From contig CAVOXA010000007.1 in NCBI GenBank assembly GCA_963700285.1, positions 1 through 64,000 of the forward strand: 64,000 nt of DNA, in the 5' to 3' direction. The stretch comes from an uncultured Chloroflexia bacterium (GTDB lineage Bacteria > Chloroflexota > Anaerolineae > JAAYZQ01). The position numbers were made by a program, and so were the translations under genes. This document shows positions 20,301-28,158 of the stretch, piece by piece. The notes under the pieces were generated by a model. It did not search any database and was not told the DNA's origin. It worked only from the letters and a program-made list of their open reading frames with translations. Numbering within the stretch: the stretch's first letter is position 1; each line of letters begins with the position of its first letter.

Positions 20301-22595
20301 GGCCAGGGCGACCAGGATCCGGGCGAGCCCGGACTGGGCGGCGTTGGCGTGGTGCTGAACTATGACTCGGACGGCGACGGCGTGATCGACAAGGTCTATG
20401 GTACCACGACCACGGATGACGCTGGCATGTATATCTTTGACGAACTGCCGCCAGGTATCTATACAGTCGTCATCGTCGGCGGCGCGACGCTGCCAAGCCC
20501 TGGCGATGCGGCGGTCACTTCCGGCCAGGCGCCATCCGGCTATGGCCAGACCGGCGACCCCGACGACACGGTCGACAACAAGACGACCGATCCGGTCGTA
20601 TTGGGGCCGGGTGATGTTTACCTCAATGCAGACTTTGGCTACCAGCCCTCGGGCAACAGCGGCACCATCGGCGACATCGTCTGGCTGGATGCCGATGCCG
20701 ACGGTGTTGGCCCCAATGGCAATGGTGCCAGCCCAGGGGACGACGATTCCGAGTATGGCATTCCCAATGTGACTGTGGCCCTCATCAAGGACTCCAACGG
20801 CAATGGTCAGTGGGATGCTGGTGAGCCGATTATCGCTACCGACGTCACCGACGAGAACGGCGCCTATTCCTTTACCGGCCTGCCCCTGGACGATGGAGAC
20901 GGCGATGCCGACTACCTGGTCTGGGTCAATGACACCGACAACGTACTTGGCGAGCAGGCCCCGACCTATGACAAAGACGGTACGTCACCGGCTGCCGGGC
21001 AGGAGACCGGGCTGGGGATCAGCGCCACGGCGCTGGCCGACAGCGCCGGAAACCGGCAGCGGTTGGACCAGGACTTTGGCTACGCCCCGCCCGGACACGA
21101 TACGGGCGAGGGTCTCATCGGCGACACGATATTCCTGGACCGGAACGGGGACAACACGCCCAATGCCGGCGAGGGATTGGAGGGTGTGCGGGTCTGGCTC
21201 TACGACTCGACCGGTACCACCCTCCTGCGCACGACTCATACCGACGAGAATGGCAACTACTACTTTGGCGACCTGGAGCCTTCGGGCACCTACCAGGTCT
21301 GGGTCGATACCACGACCCTGCCCAATGGCGGCGCCGGGCTGACCAACACCGTCGATCCCGATACGGCCAGTCCTGGCGATAGCAAATCGACGGTCAACCT
21401 GGGCGCTGATCCCGATGGTATCGACCTGGACCAGGACTTTGGCTACCGTGACACTAGCGACCCGAACACCATCGAGGGTACCCTATGGAATGATCGGGAT
21501 GCCGATGGCCTTCTGGAGGGCGCGGAACCGGGCCGCTTTGCCAACGTCAAGGTGGCGCTCTACGACAGCGGTGGTGACATCGTCGGCTACACCTACACCG
21601 ACAACAATGGCTTCTTCCAGTTCACGGGTCTCCCGGATGGCACCTACACCGTGGACGTGGTCGATGACGGCAACGTGCTGAACGGCTTCTGGCACTCGTT
21701 GGGCACGGCCAATACCGACAACAACAGCCAGGTGGATCCCTACACCACCAGTGTGGGGCCTGGCCAGAGGCTGGTCAACTGGGCCGACTTTGGCTACTAT
21801 GTGGACCCGGGCGCCCTGGGCAACTGGGTCTGGAATGACGTCAACGGCGATGGCATCCAGAATGACGGCGCAAAAGGCATCCCCAACGTCGAGGTCAAGC
21901 TGCAAATCACCTACCCCGGTGGCGCCACCGTCACTGTGACCACCAAAACCGATGCCAGCGGTTACTATAGCTTCCCCAACCTGCTGCTGGATGAGGACTA
22001 TAACGGCGACACCAGCACCGCCCCGGAGCCAAGCTACCAGATAAGTATCAACATTGCTCAGCCAGCTCTGGCGGCCTTCACCTTTCCATCCCCACTATCC
22101 CCACCAGCTTTAGGCAACCAGTTCAACGACTCGAACAACCCTGCTGGTACCAGCGCTCAGCCGACGCAAGGTATGACGGATGTATCCTCCGCAGCGGATG
22201 GTACTGCGCCCGCCTCCTACGACTATGGGTTTGGCGGCGCGCCAACGGGGGTCGAAGGCGTCATCGTCGGGACCTTTACGGCGGCGTGGGAAGGCGATGA
22301 GATCGTGGTCCGGTGGGCCACGGTCAGCGAACTGGATGTCAAGGGCTTTTACGTCTATCGCGCTACGTCTGAAGAGGGCACGCGGACCAAACTCAATGAC
22401 GACTTGGTGCCCAGCGCCATGCCGGGCAGCCCGACGGGTGCGGACTACAAGTATGACGACGAAACGGCGCAGCCTGGGGTCAAGTACTACTACTGGCTGG
22501 AGGGCATAGATCTGCGCGATGGGGCAACGCCCTACGGCCCGGCCGTGGTGGTGCCCTACCGTGGCTATCTGCCGCTGCTCTTCAAGAACCACTAG
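17319..22595 (+). CDS. Large secreted surface protein with DUF11-like and multiple SdrD-B-like repeats
   Basis: ATG 17319 after AGGAGGAGG; signal peptide; repeats IGD.VW.D.DGDG.QD.GE.G; LEKS..VTYTY module; C-terminal shared domain and YLPLLFKNH tail. Confidence 0.85.
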   Translation: MQTVNRTLKRYAPPRSLSSWVFKAAMALVLLLSLVLLLPGVGYSANPAPNQIYYVPMRDNDLLTMLEDIDQPAEDGAWPDPASPVRTIASITIGSTGTLVYYDQWEDGYEANASMGNPTSLYNSTTNPDGTQIWGDGILSNGCPPAIDNVANPCATAADDQFNAGDVITLDNKVHMPLTDGATPNGQYLDQFSTSAYNNSDGSTSWTTSWVESGDTGGATSGDIQVTGGKLRFMNAEGGDYISRVASVPATADRAILHFTINPLFSSQSDVMEVWATSGAGYTRVKTIDADNHPLEEPYAVNLTGFKGTSMGIRFRQASSLGSNQGWEIDDVEITWGEAHTRSASRVYYDGGDKIGATFPVALTRVGTPHVPGSVMAGATEMEEIDLWGTSFVAPVGEDTPDANTSAFEYVYLWIMAKEAGTTVQIDSDANGSVDDTQTLAEGANYYRRGIQEGATVTTNHPVQVHLVAADQGDTFEQRWYHLAPRDQWDSSYYASVGTAPASSGSGCTEVWAYNPNGSQITISVDRPGAATTTFNVAANDADEWPGSATNLAGRGLHLYTTGGQDFLPFQIIDCTKDTSGTEGRLFDWGYPLIPADQLTSQYLVGWAPGCTGDPISPGLCQDPDINGGAAASRSVIWVTPVQNTTVYVAFDGGDINCPGGAGADYSFSATALTSYGLVDDPGDVISGEDDYDMTGARIVTCNGVDLAVAYGQDPPRSGGNDAEALDLGTVVLPLAGDITLEKSVDKTLVPRGGSVTYTYLVRSTGQPLSDVSVTDNKCSPAVPTLSGGYNVGDTANLGFLDPGESWQYTCSTNIYHQTTNVAFASGTPDGGTTYIDSPPDEETVNVTDPAAIGDYVWFDEDGDGDQDAGEAGIPNVKVELLDNQNAVVATTWTDADGGYVFTGLAPGTYTVRIDTTTLPDPDGAGPAGLHPTYDEDSGTTNPDHQTSVTVAAGDEHMTADFGYNWATPGETNDPGNQNEPKGAIGDRVWIDADGQGDQDPGEPGLGGVGVVLNYDSDGDGVIDKVYGTTTTDDAGMYIFDELPPGIYTVVIVGGATLPSPGDAAVTSGQAPSGYGQTGDPDDTVDNKTTDPVVLGPGDVYLNADFGYQPSGNSGTIGDIVWLDADADGVGPNGNGASPGDDDSEYGIPNVTVALIKDSNGNGQWDAGEPIIATDVTDENGAYSFTGLPLDDGDGDADYLVWVNDTDNVLGEQAPTYDKDGTSPAAGQETGLGISATALADSAGNRQRLDQDFGYAPPGHDTGEGLIGDTIFLDRNGDNTPNAGEGLEGVRVWLYDSTGTTLLRTTHTDENGNYYFGDLEPSGTYQVWVDTTTLPNGGAGLTNTVDPDTASPGDSKSTVNLGADPDGIDLDQDFGYRDTSDPNTIEGTLWNDRDADGLLEGAEPGRFANVKVALYDSGGDIVGYTYTDNNGFFQFTGLPDGTYTVDVVDDGNVLNGFWHSLGTANTDNNSQVDPYTTSVGPGQRLVNWADFGYYVDPGALGNWVWNDVNGDGIQNDGAKGIPNVEVKLQITYPGGATVTVTTKTDASGYYSFPNLLLDEDYNGDTSTAPEPSYQISINIAQPALAAFTFPSPLSPPALGNQFNDSNNPAGTSAQPTQGMTDVSSAADGTAPASYDYGFGGAPTGVEGVIVGTFTAAWEGDEIVVRWATVSELDVKGFYVYRATSEEGTRTKLNDDLVPSAMPGSPTGADYKYDDETAQPGVKYYYWLEGIDLRDGATPYGPAVVVPYRGYLPLLFKNH

Positions 22596-22873
22596 CCTTA
22601 GCGGCCAGCGTGCGACCAAGACAGATGCCCACGCCGGAATGTTCTCCCGGCGTGGGCTTTCCCACGCAGCCCATATGGCCTGCAGGAGGCGTCCCAGGTC
22701 TAGGGCGCAGGGCTGATGATGTTCAGGCCCAATTTCCACCTCGGGGGGGATGGACAGGGCGCCAGCTCATGATACACTGGGCTGTGGGTGTCTATTTGTT
22801 TCTACCAAACCTGTCTCGTTCCTACCACCTTCTACCTCAACTTGTCAAGGAAATTGCACCTTGTTGGAGGAGT

Positions 22874-24106
22874 CTAGCGGCGTCGGAAACGCGCACCCAG
22901 TTCGGTGGTCAGTACGCGGAAGGGGTGCCAGAACCGCGCCAGCCGGACAGCGCCGGGGGCAGCCAGGGCATAGCGGTAGCTGAGCCACTCGTCGCCGGGC
23001 AGCAGGATAAAGCGCCCAAAGCGCAGCCATCCGGCCGGCCCGTCGATGAGCGCCAGATGGAGCTGGTAGGGACTGTCCGTACTGTTGGGCACGGGAGGGC
23101 GCGCATGGAACCGCGGACTTGGCCGTACTGTTGGGCGTCGCGGACGGGGCGCGCCCACTGGGGCGCTACCAGGCGGCGGACCCAGCGCCGGCGCAGGGCG
23201 CCAGGTTGTAGATCTGCCAACACCCGGTCGGGGATGGGCGTGCCCAGCAGTTCGCGGCTGAAGGACAGGCCGAAATAGACCGGGACGCGTACCTGGAAGG
23301 CCGAGGCCCTCTCCAGGAGTCGATCCCAGTTGAGGCCGGGATAGGCGGCGACGGTGCGGTCGATGTCGGTCAGGTTTAACAAATGGGCATAGCCATGGCC
23401 AAAGCCCCAGTGCAGGCAGAGGTGCAGCAGGCCGTCCTCGGGGCACAATTGCCAGGGTGGTCCCGGCCGTCGCTCAAGCGGAGCGGCAAGGCGGCCTGCC
23501 ACAGGGCCTCCATGTCGATGCGCGTGGCGTGGTGCAGCCACTTGTGGGTCGTCAGATGCCAGTGCAGGTCCAGCATCAGGTTGCCCACCGGCGAGGTCGC
23601 GGTGGAGGTTGATCTCGCCGCTGTAGCGCGCCTCGTAGGCAAAAGAGTGGCCGGGTGGTCCAGGCTGGGCCTGGTAGCCCAAGGGGCGCCAGGGCCTCGG
23701 GAACCTGTGGAACCTGGTCGCGGGGCACCAGGATGTCGAGATCGACCATGGGCCGGGGGGCGATGCCTTCATAGACTGTGCTGGCCAGGGCTGCGCCTTT
23801 GAGCGCCAGTGTGGGAATACCAGCCTCGGCCAGGCGGCCCAGGACGCGATCCAGCTCCTGGAACTGGAGGGTATTGAGCCTGGCGGCGCCATAGTAGGCC
23901 TGCCGGAGTTGCTCCTGGATCTCGGGTGGAGCGGCCAGGTTCTTCTGTTGGAGGGCGGCGTACAACTGGGGTGCGACGCCATCCCGTTGTGCCAGCTCGA
24001 CGATGCTGGTCCAGGATCCGGGTCCGGGTAGGGCAGGGGCCTCGGGCCGCTGGCCAGCGGCCAGCAGATGGCATAGGGAAGCCCAGGTGGTGCTTTGCTC
24101 AACCAT
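22874..24106 (-). pseudogene. Uncharacterised nucleotidyltransferase family protein (PF14907-like), about 4 frameshifts as given
   Basis: LALKGAALA..VY...PRPMVDLDILV, LDLHW and PEDGLLHLCLH motifs spread over three reading frames (shifts near 23685, 23585, 23460, 23090). Confidence 0.8.
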
Positions 24107-24153
24107 GGGGGGATTATAACCGGCTTGGACGAAAGGAGCAAGTCCAACCGCGT

Positions 24154-24251
24154 AGATCTGACAGGTTTGTCCTCCATGCGCAGGACTGGGAAGATCCACA
24201 GTCTGGCCCAGGACCCGTACCTGCTGGACACGAGGAAAACCTGTCAGGTCT
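24154..24251. repeat. REP/MITE-like element: 15-bp inverted arms around a 68-nt spacer
   Basis: AGATCTGACAGGTTT ... AAACCTGTCAGGTCT; nearly the same arms at 39052-39150. Confidence 0.75.
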
Positions 24252-24294
24252 GGATCCAAAAGGGATGGACTGGGGATGGTGGCCGTACTGCGAT

Positions 24295-24322
24295 TTGCGC
24301 AGATGTGGGTTTGTGGTATAAT
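24295..24322 (+). promoter_or_regulatory. Putative sigma70 promoter of the PqqD-rSAM operon
   Basis: TTGCGC-16 nt-TATAAT with extended -10 TG, 48 nt upstream of the PqqD ATG. Confidence 0.55.
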
Positions 24323-24370
24323 AACCAAGCGTGGGGGAGAACACATCCCACTATTGGAGTTCAATCGAGA

Positions 24371-24667
24371 ATGGTCGATTCTTTAGCAGTTCAACTCGAA
24401 AAAGACCCGTCGGTCGTCCACCGGGAGATAGCCGGTGAGTCGATCCTGGTCCCTATTCGCAGCCGGTCGGCCGACCTGGAGAGCATCTTTACCCTGAACG
24501 CATTGGGATCGCGTATCTGGGAGCTGATGGATGGCGACCGCTCGCTGGCCGAGATCAAGGAGCTACTGGCCGCAGAGTATGACGTGTCGCCGCAAGAGTT
24601 GGAATTGGACCTGCTCGAGTTCGTCGACCAACTGGTCGAGGCTGGCGTAGTCAGAGAGGTTGTCTAG
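24371..24667 (+). CDS. PqqD family protein (stand-alone RiPP recognition element)
   Basis: 98 aa from ATG 24371; REIAGESILVP..IFTLN..G..IWELMDG.RSL.EI...L..EYDV is a typical PqqD/RRE pattern. Confidence 0.88.
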   Translation: MVDSLAVQLEKDPSVVHREIAGESILVPIRSRSADLESIFTLNALGSRIWELMDGDRSLAEIKELLAAEYDVSPQELELDLLEFVDQLVEAGVVREVV

Positions 24668-25782
24668 GTGGACTGTCCGCACGTGCCTGATCTCCCGTTT
24701 GGCGAACTTGCCGGTAGGATCCGCAAGCAAGCCTACGAGAATAGGATCCCGCTCAGCGGCACGCTGGAGCTTACCTACCGCTGCAACAACAACTGTGTGC
24801 ACTGCTACTGCAACCTCCCGGCGGGCGACCGCAGCGCGAGGTCCAGGGAGCTGAGCGGCTCGCAGGTGAAGGCCATCCTGGACGAAATTTCCGAAGCCGG
24901 GTGCCTGTACCTGAGCATTACGGGCGGTGAGCCGCTCCTCCATCGCGACTTTGCAGAGATCTGGGTCCATGCCAAGGAAAAGGGTCTTCTTGTCTCTCTG
25001 ATGACCAATGGCACCGCGATCACGGAGGACGTGGCTGGCCTTCTGGCTGACTATTACCCGCTCGCCGTGGCCATAACGGTGTATGGCATAACGCGGGAGA
25101 CCTACGAACGCGTGAGCCGGGCGCCGGGTTCCTACGACAAGTGTATGGACGGCATCGACAGGCTCATGGCGCGGGGGATCAAGCCCAACTTGAGGACGAT
25201 TCCCATGGCCGCTAGCAGCGGCGACGTGGGGGGCGTGAGGGCCTTTGCCAAGGAGCGCGGGCTCAAGTTTCAGTTCGACCCACTGCTCACGCCGCGCAAG
25301 GACGGCGGAGCGTACGACTTTACGCAGAGGCTGTCGCCTCGAGAGATCGTCGAGCTCGACCTGCTGGATGAGGAGCGAGTCGAAAGTTTTCGAGATCTGG
25401 CGTATGACCGGCCTGCTGCGCCGGTCAATGGGGATCTGTTTCATTGTGGCGCGGGCGCCATCTCATTCAGTATCAACCCCTACGGGGAATTGGGCATGTG
25501 TCTCATGTCATCCCCTGCCTTCCCAGGATACGATCTGCTGTCGGGCTCGTTTGCGGAAGGTTGGTTCGATCATATCCCCGTCTGAGAGATCGAAAGATTA
25601 CTCGCAGCTTCGCGTGTGTGACCTGTGACAAGCGAGTCATCTGCGGCTGGTGTCCGGTGTGGTCGGATTTGGAGAACGGCAATCCGGAGAGCCCGGTAGA
25701 GTACCTGTGCCAGGTGGCGGACCACCGGGCGGTCGTTCTCGGCTTGGGCCAGCAGGGGCAGCATTCTGGCGAGCTGTCGTGA
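24668..25782 (+). CDS. Radical SAM/SPASM peptide maturase (one frameshift near 25580)
   Basis: ELTYRCNNNCVHC (CxxxCxxC), ITGGEP, CGAG..SINPYG...C; the SPASM end CVTC...ICGWCP...LC continues in another frame after a C4 run. Confidence 0.88.
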
Positions 25783-25808
25783 CCAAGTTCTGACATAGGA
25801 GGACATGT

Positions 25809-25970
25809 ATGGAGAAGGCCGAACGCAAAGCGTACGAGAAGCCAAGGATCGAACGTGTGGAGCTGAGGGTCGAAGAGGCCGTACTCGGTGTTTGCAAGAC
25901 CGCTACCGGGGGCGCCGCGAACCCTCCCGACTGCGTTATCGGAGTCTGCCTCGAAGAGATCGGTAGCTAG
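25809..25970 (+). CDS. Putative RiPP precursor peptide, 53 aa (not in ORF track)
   Basis: AGGAGG at 25797-25802, ATG 25809, TAG 25968-25970; MEKAERKAYEKPRIERVELRVEEAVLGVCKTATGGAANPPDCVIGVCLEEIGS; YxxP leader motif and a 3-Cys C-terminal region. Confidence 0.85.
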   Translation: MEKAERKAYEKPRIERVELRVEEAVLGVCKTATGGAANPPDCVIGVCLEEIGS

Positions 25971-25985
25971 TGCTGCCTGGTCGAA

Positions 25986-26871
25986 TTGGACAGCATTAGC
26001 GTCTTCTCGGTTGGCGGCTTTGCTTTTGCTCTGCAAGGGCAAGTTTCCGTCGAAATTCAGGATCTGTACCTGCCCTTCATGGAATCAGGTTTGGCACCTG
26101 ATGTTGCCGTCAGGTTGCGCCTCCGTGATGCGGTGGTTCGTGGTGCCCGTAGTGAGTTATCGCCTATCTTCGATACCGGGGATGCCTGGTCTCTACACCG
26201 TGAGGGCGATCACTACCTACTCAGTGTGCCATCGGCTGGCAACGGGAGGGCGACCTACTGCGAGGCTCTGATTTCTGATGATCTGAAAGATGTTGATCTA
26301 TATCTGGCGCGGGAGCTGCTGACCGGCAGCGTGGCCGGTCGTCCCGCCTTGCGCCTGGAAGTCCCTGATGTACCCGCTGGCCGAGTTGCTGCTCATCTGG
26401 ATCCTGGCGCGGCGGGATGGCATCCTGGCCCACGCGGCCGGCGTCGTCGATGGCGCGAAGGGCTATCTGTTCGTTGGGAACAGCGGCCACGGCAAGACGA
26501 CGATGGCCCGCCTGTGGGCCGAGGGTGCAACGATTCTCAACGACGATCGCATTGTCGTCAGGCCTCGCGACGGGCGCTTCTGGATGTATGGCACTCCCTG
26601 GCACGGCGACTACCAGCGGGTATCACCCGGCGCATTCCCCATCAGCAAGGTCTTTTTCCTCTCCCAATCGACCTCCAACCAGGCCCAGCCCAGATCCACC
26701 TCGGAAGCGGCCACACTGCTCCTGACGCGCTCCTTTCTTCCGCTCTGGGATCGGACGGCCATGGCCAGCCTCCTGTCCTCCTGCGCTGAGATTGCCTCGG
26801 CGGTGCCCTGCTACGACCTGGGTTTCCTGCCCGAACCCGGCATTGTCGACTATGTGAGGGGCCTGGCCTAG
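25986..26871 (+). CDS. HPr-kinase-related P-loop protein (ScmC-like), one frameshift near 26360
   Basis: HAAGV....G.LF.GNSGHGKTT (Walker A), LNDDR and YGTPWHG motifs in 26368-26871; the N-terminal half is in the frame of 25986. Confidence 0.75.
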
Positions 26872-26884
26872 TGTTCAGAGTCCG

Positions 26885-27376
26885 ATGATACACTGTTCCG
26901 CACAGGACCTGGCGCAGCTTGGCGACCTGGTCCTGAAGCAGGGCGCCGAGTTGCGGTTCCGCGCCGCAGGCACGAGCATGCAACCCGTGATCCAGGATGG
27001 CCAAACCATCAGGGTCGCGCCCGCGCCGGCGGGCGGAACCCGGTTGGGCGACATCCTCTTTTACCGCAGTGGCGCGGACCGGGCCGTGGTCCATCGTTTG
27101 CTCAAGCGCGTCCAGACGGCGGGAGGGGTGCTGTTGTTGACCAAGGGCGATGCCTGCGCCAGCGCCGATCCGTTGGTGCCGCCGGAGCGGGTGTTGGGCC
27201 GGGTTGTCGCTATCGAGGCCATGGATGGGCGGCTGCTTCGATTGGATCGGGGGCTGAACCTCTTGCGGGCCAGGCTTTACGCCTGGCTGTGGCTGGCCTC
27301 CCCCTATCTGCGCCGGGCGCTGGGCAAACGGCCCACCTTTGGCGCTCTTTTGCGCCAACTGCTGCTGCCCAGGTAA
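26885..27376 (+). CDS. S24/S26 family serine peptidase
   Basis: GTSMQP (catalytic Ser), VVHRL, TKGD and VLGRV motifs. Confidence 0.85.
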   Translation: MIHCSAQDLAQLGDLVLKQGAELRFRAAGTSMQPVIQDGQTIRVAPAPAGGTRLGDILFYRSGADRAVVHRLLKRVQTAGGVLLLTKGDACASADPLVPPERVLGRVVAIEAMDGRLLRLDRGLNLLRARLYAWLWLASPYLRRALGKRPTFGALLRQLLLPR

Positions 27377-27390
27377 TCGCGACGCTGCGG

Positions 27391-27419
27391 GCGAGGCTCG
27401 GAAGCCTCGCTCTTTTGTT
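27391..27419 (+). terminator. Rho-independent terminator closing the RiPP-like operon
   Basis: GCGAGGCT-CGGA-AGCCTCGC followed by TCTTTTGTT. Confidence 0.7.
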
Positions 27420-27499
27420 GCGGATTCCGCAGGCTGCTCGCGCCAGGTCACAGTGGGGCGTACCTAGCCGCAGAGCAGATGGGCCGAAACAGGCTCGAG

Positions 27500-28092
27500 A
27501 CTGTGCGAAAGCGCTTGTGCTGGGCCCGATCCCCGCACTTCGGGGACACAGTCCAGCCCAAGCGCGCAGATTGGCGGACTGTGGTCCGCCTAGAGCAAGT
27601 GAGTGAGTTTTCGCACAGTCTGGCTTGTGCTGGACCCGATCCTCGCACTTTGGGGACACAGTCCAGCCCAAGCGCGCACGGATCGGCGGACTGTGGTCCG
27701 CCTAGAGCTAGTGAGTGAGTTTTCGCACAGTCTGGCTTGTGCTGGACCCGATCCCCGCACTTCGGGGACACAGTCCAGCCCAAGCGCGCACGGATCGGCG
27801 GACTGTGGTCCGCCTAGAGCTAGTGAGTGAGTTTTCGCACAGTCTGGCTTGTGCTGGACCCGATCCCCGCACTTCGGGGACACAGTCCAGCCCAAGCGCG
27901 CACGGATCGGCGGACTGTGGTCCGCCTAGAGCTAGTGAGTGAGTTTTCGCACAGTCTGGCTTGTGCTGGACCCGATCCCCGCACTTCGGGGACACAGTCC
28001 AGCCCAAGCGCGCACGGATCGGCGGACAGTGGTCCGCCTAGAGCTAGTGAGTGAGTTTTCGCACAGTCTGGCTTGTGCTGGACTGTGGTCCA
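27500..28092. repeat. Tandem array of about 5 copies of a 112-bp palindrome-rich unit
   Basis: GTGAGTTTTCGCACAGTCTGG recurs at 27603, 27715, 27827, 27939 and 28051; each unit has CCCCG/CGGGG, GCTGGAC/GTCCAGC and GGCGGAC/GTCCGCC stems. Confidence 0.92.
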
Positions 28093-28158
28093 CGCAGAGC
28101 AGATGCTGATCCTTGTTGCAGGACATTCTGTTGGAAAGAGGTAGGTAGACCATTGGGT

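Noticed and set aside
24371-27376. Lasso peptide or PQQ biosynthesis cluster
   Set aside because: No asparagine-synthetase-like cyclase, transglutaminase-like B2 or pqqB/C, and the precursor lacks the PqqA ExxxY motif
27500-28092. CRISPR array
   Set aside because: Units are 112 bp and identical throughout, with no unique spacers and no cas genes in the window
28051-28158. N-terminal extension of C25-1 and other ORFs in the 112-bp array
   Set aside because: They derive from repeat sequence; the signal peptide begins at ATG 28159
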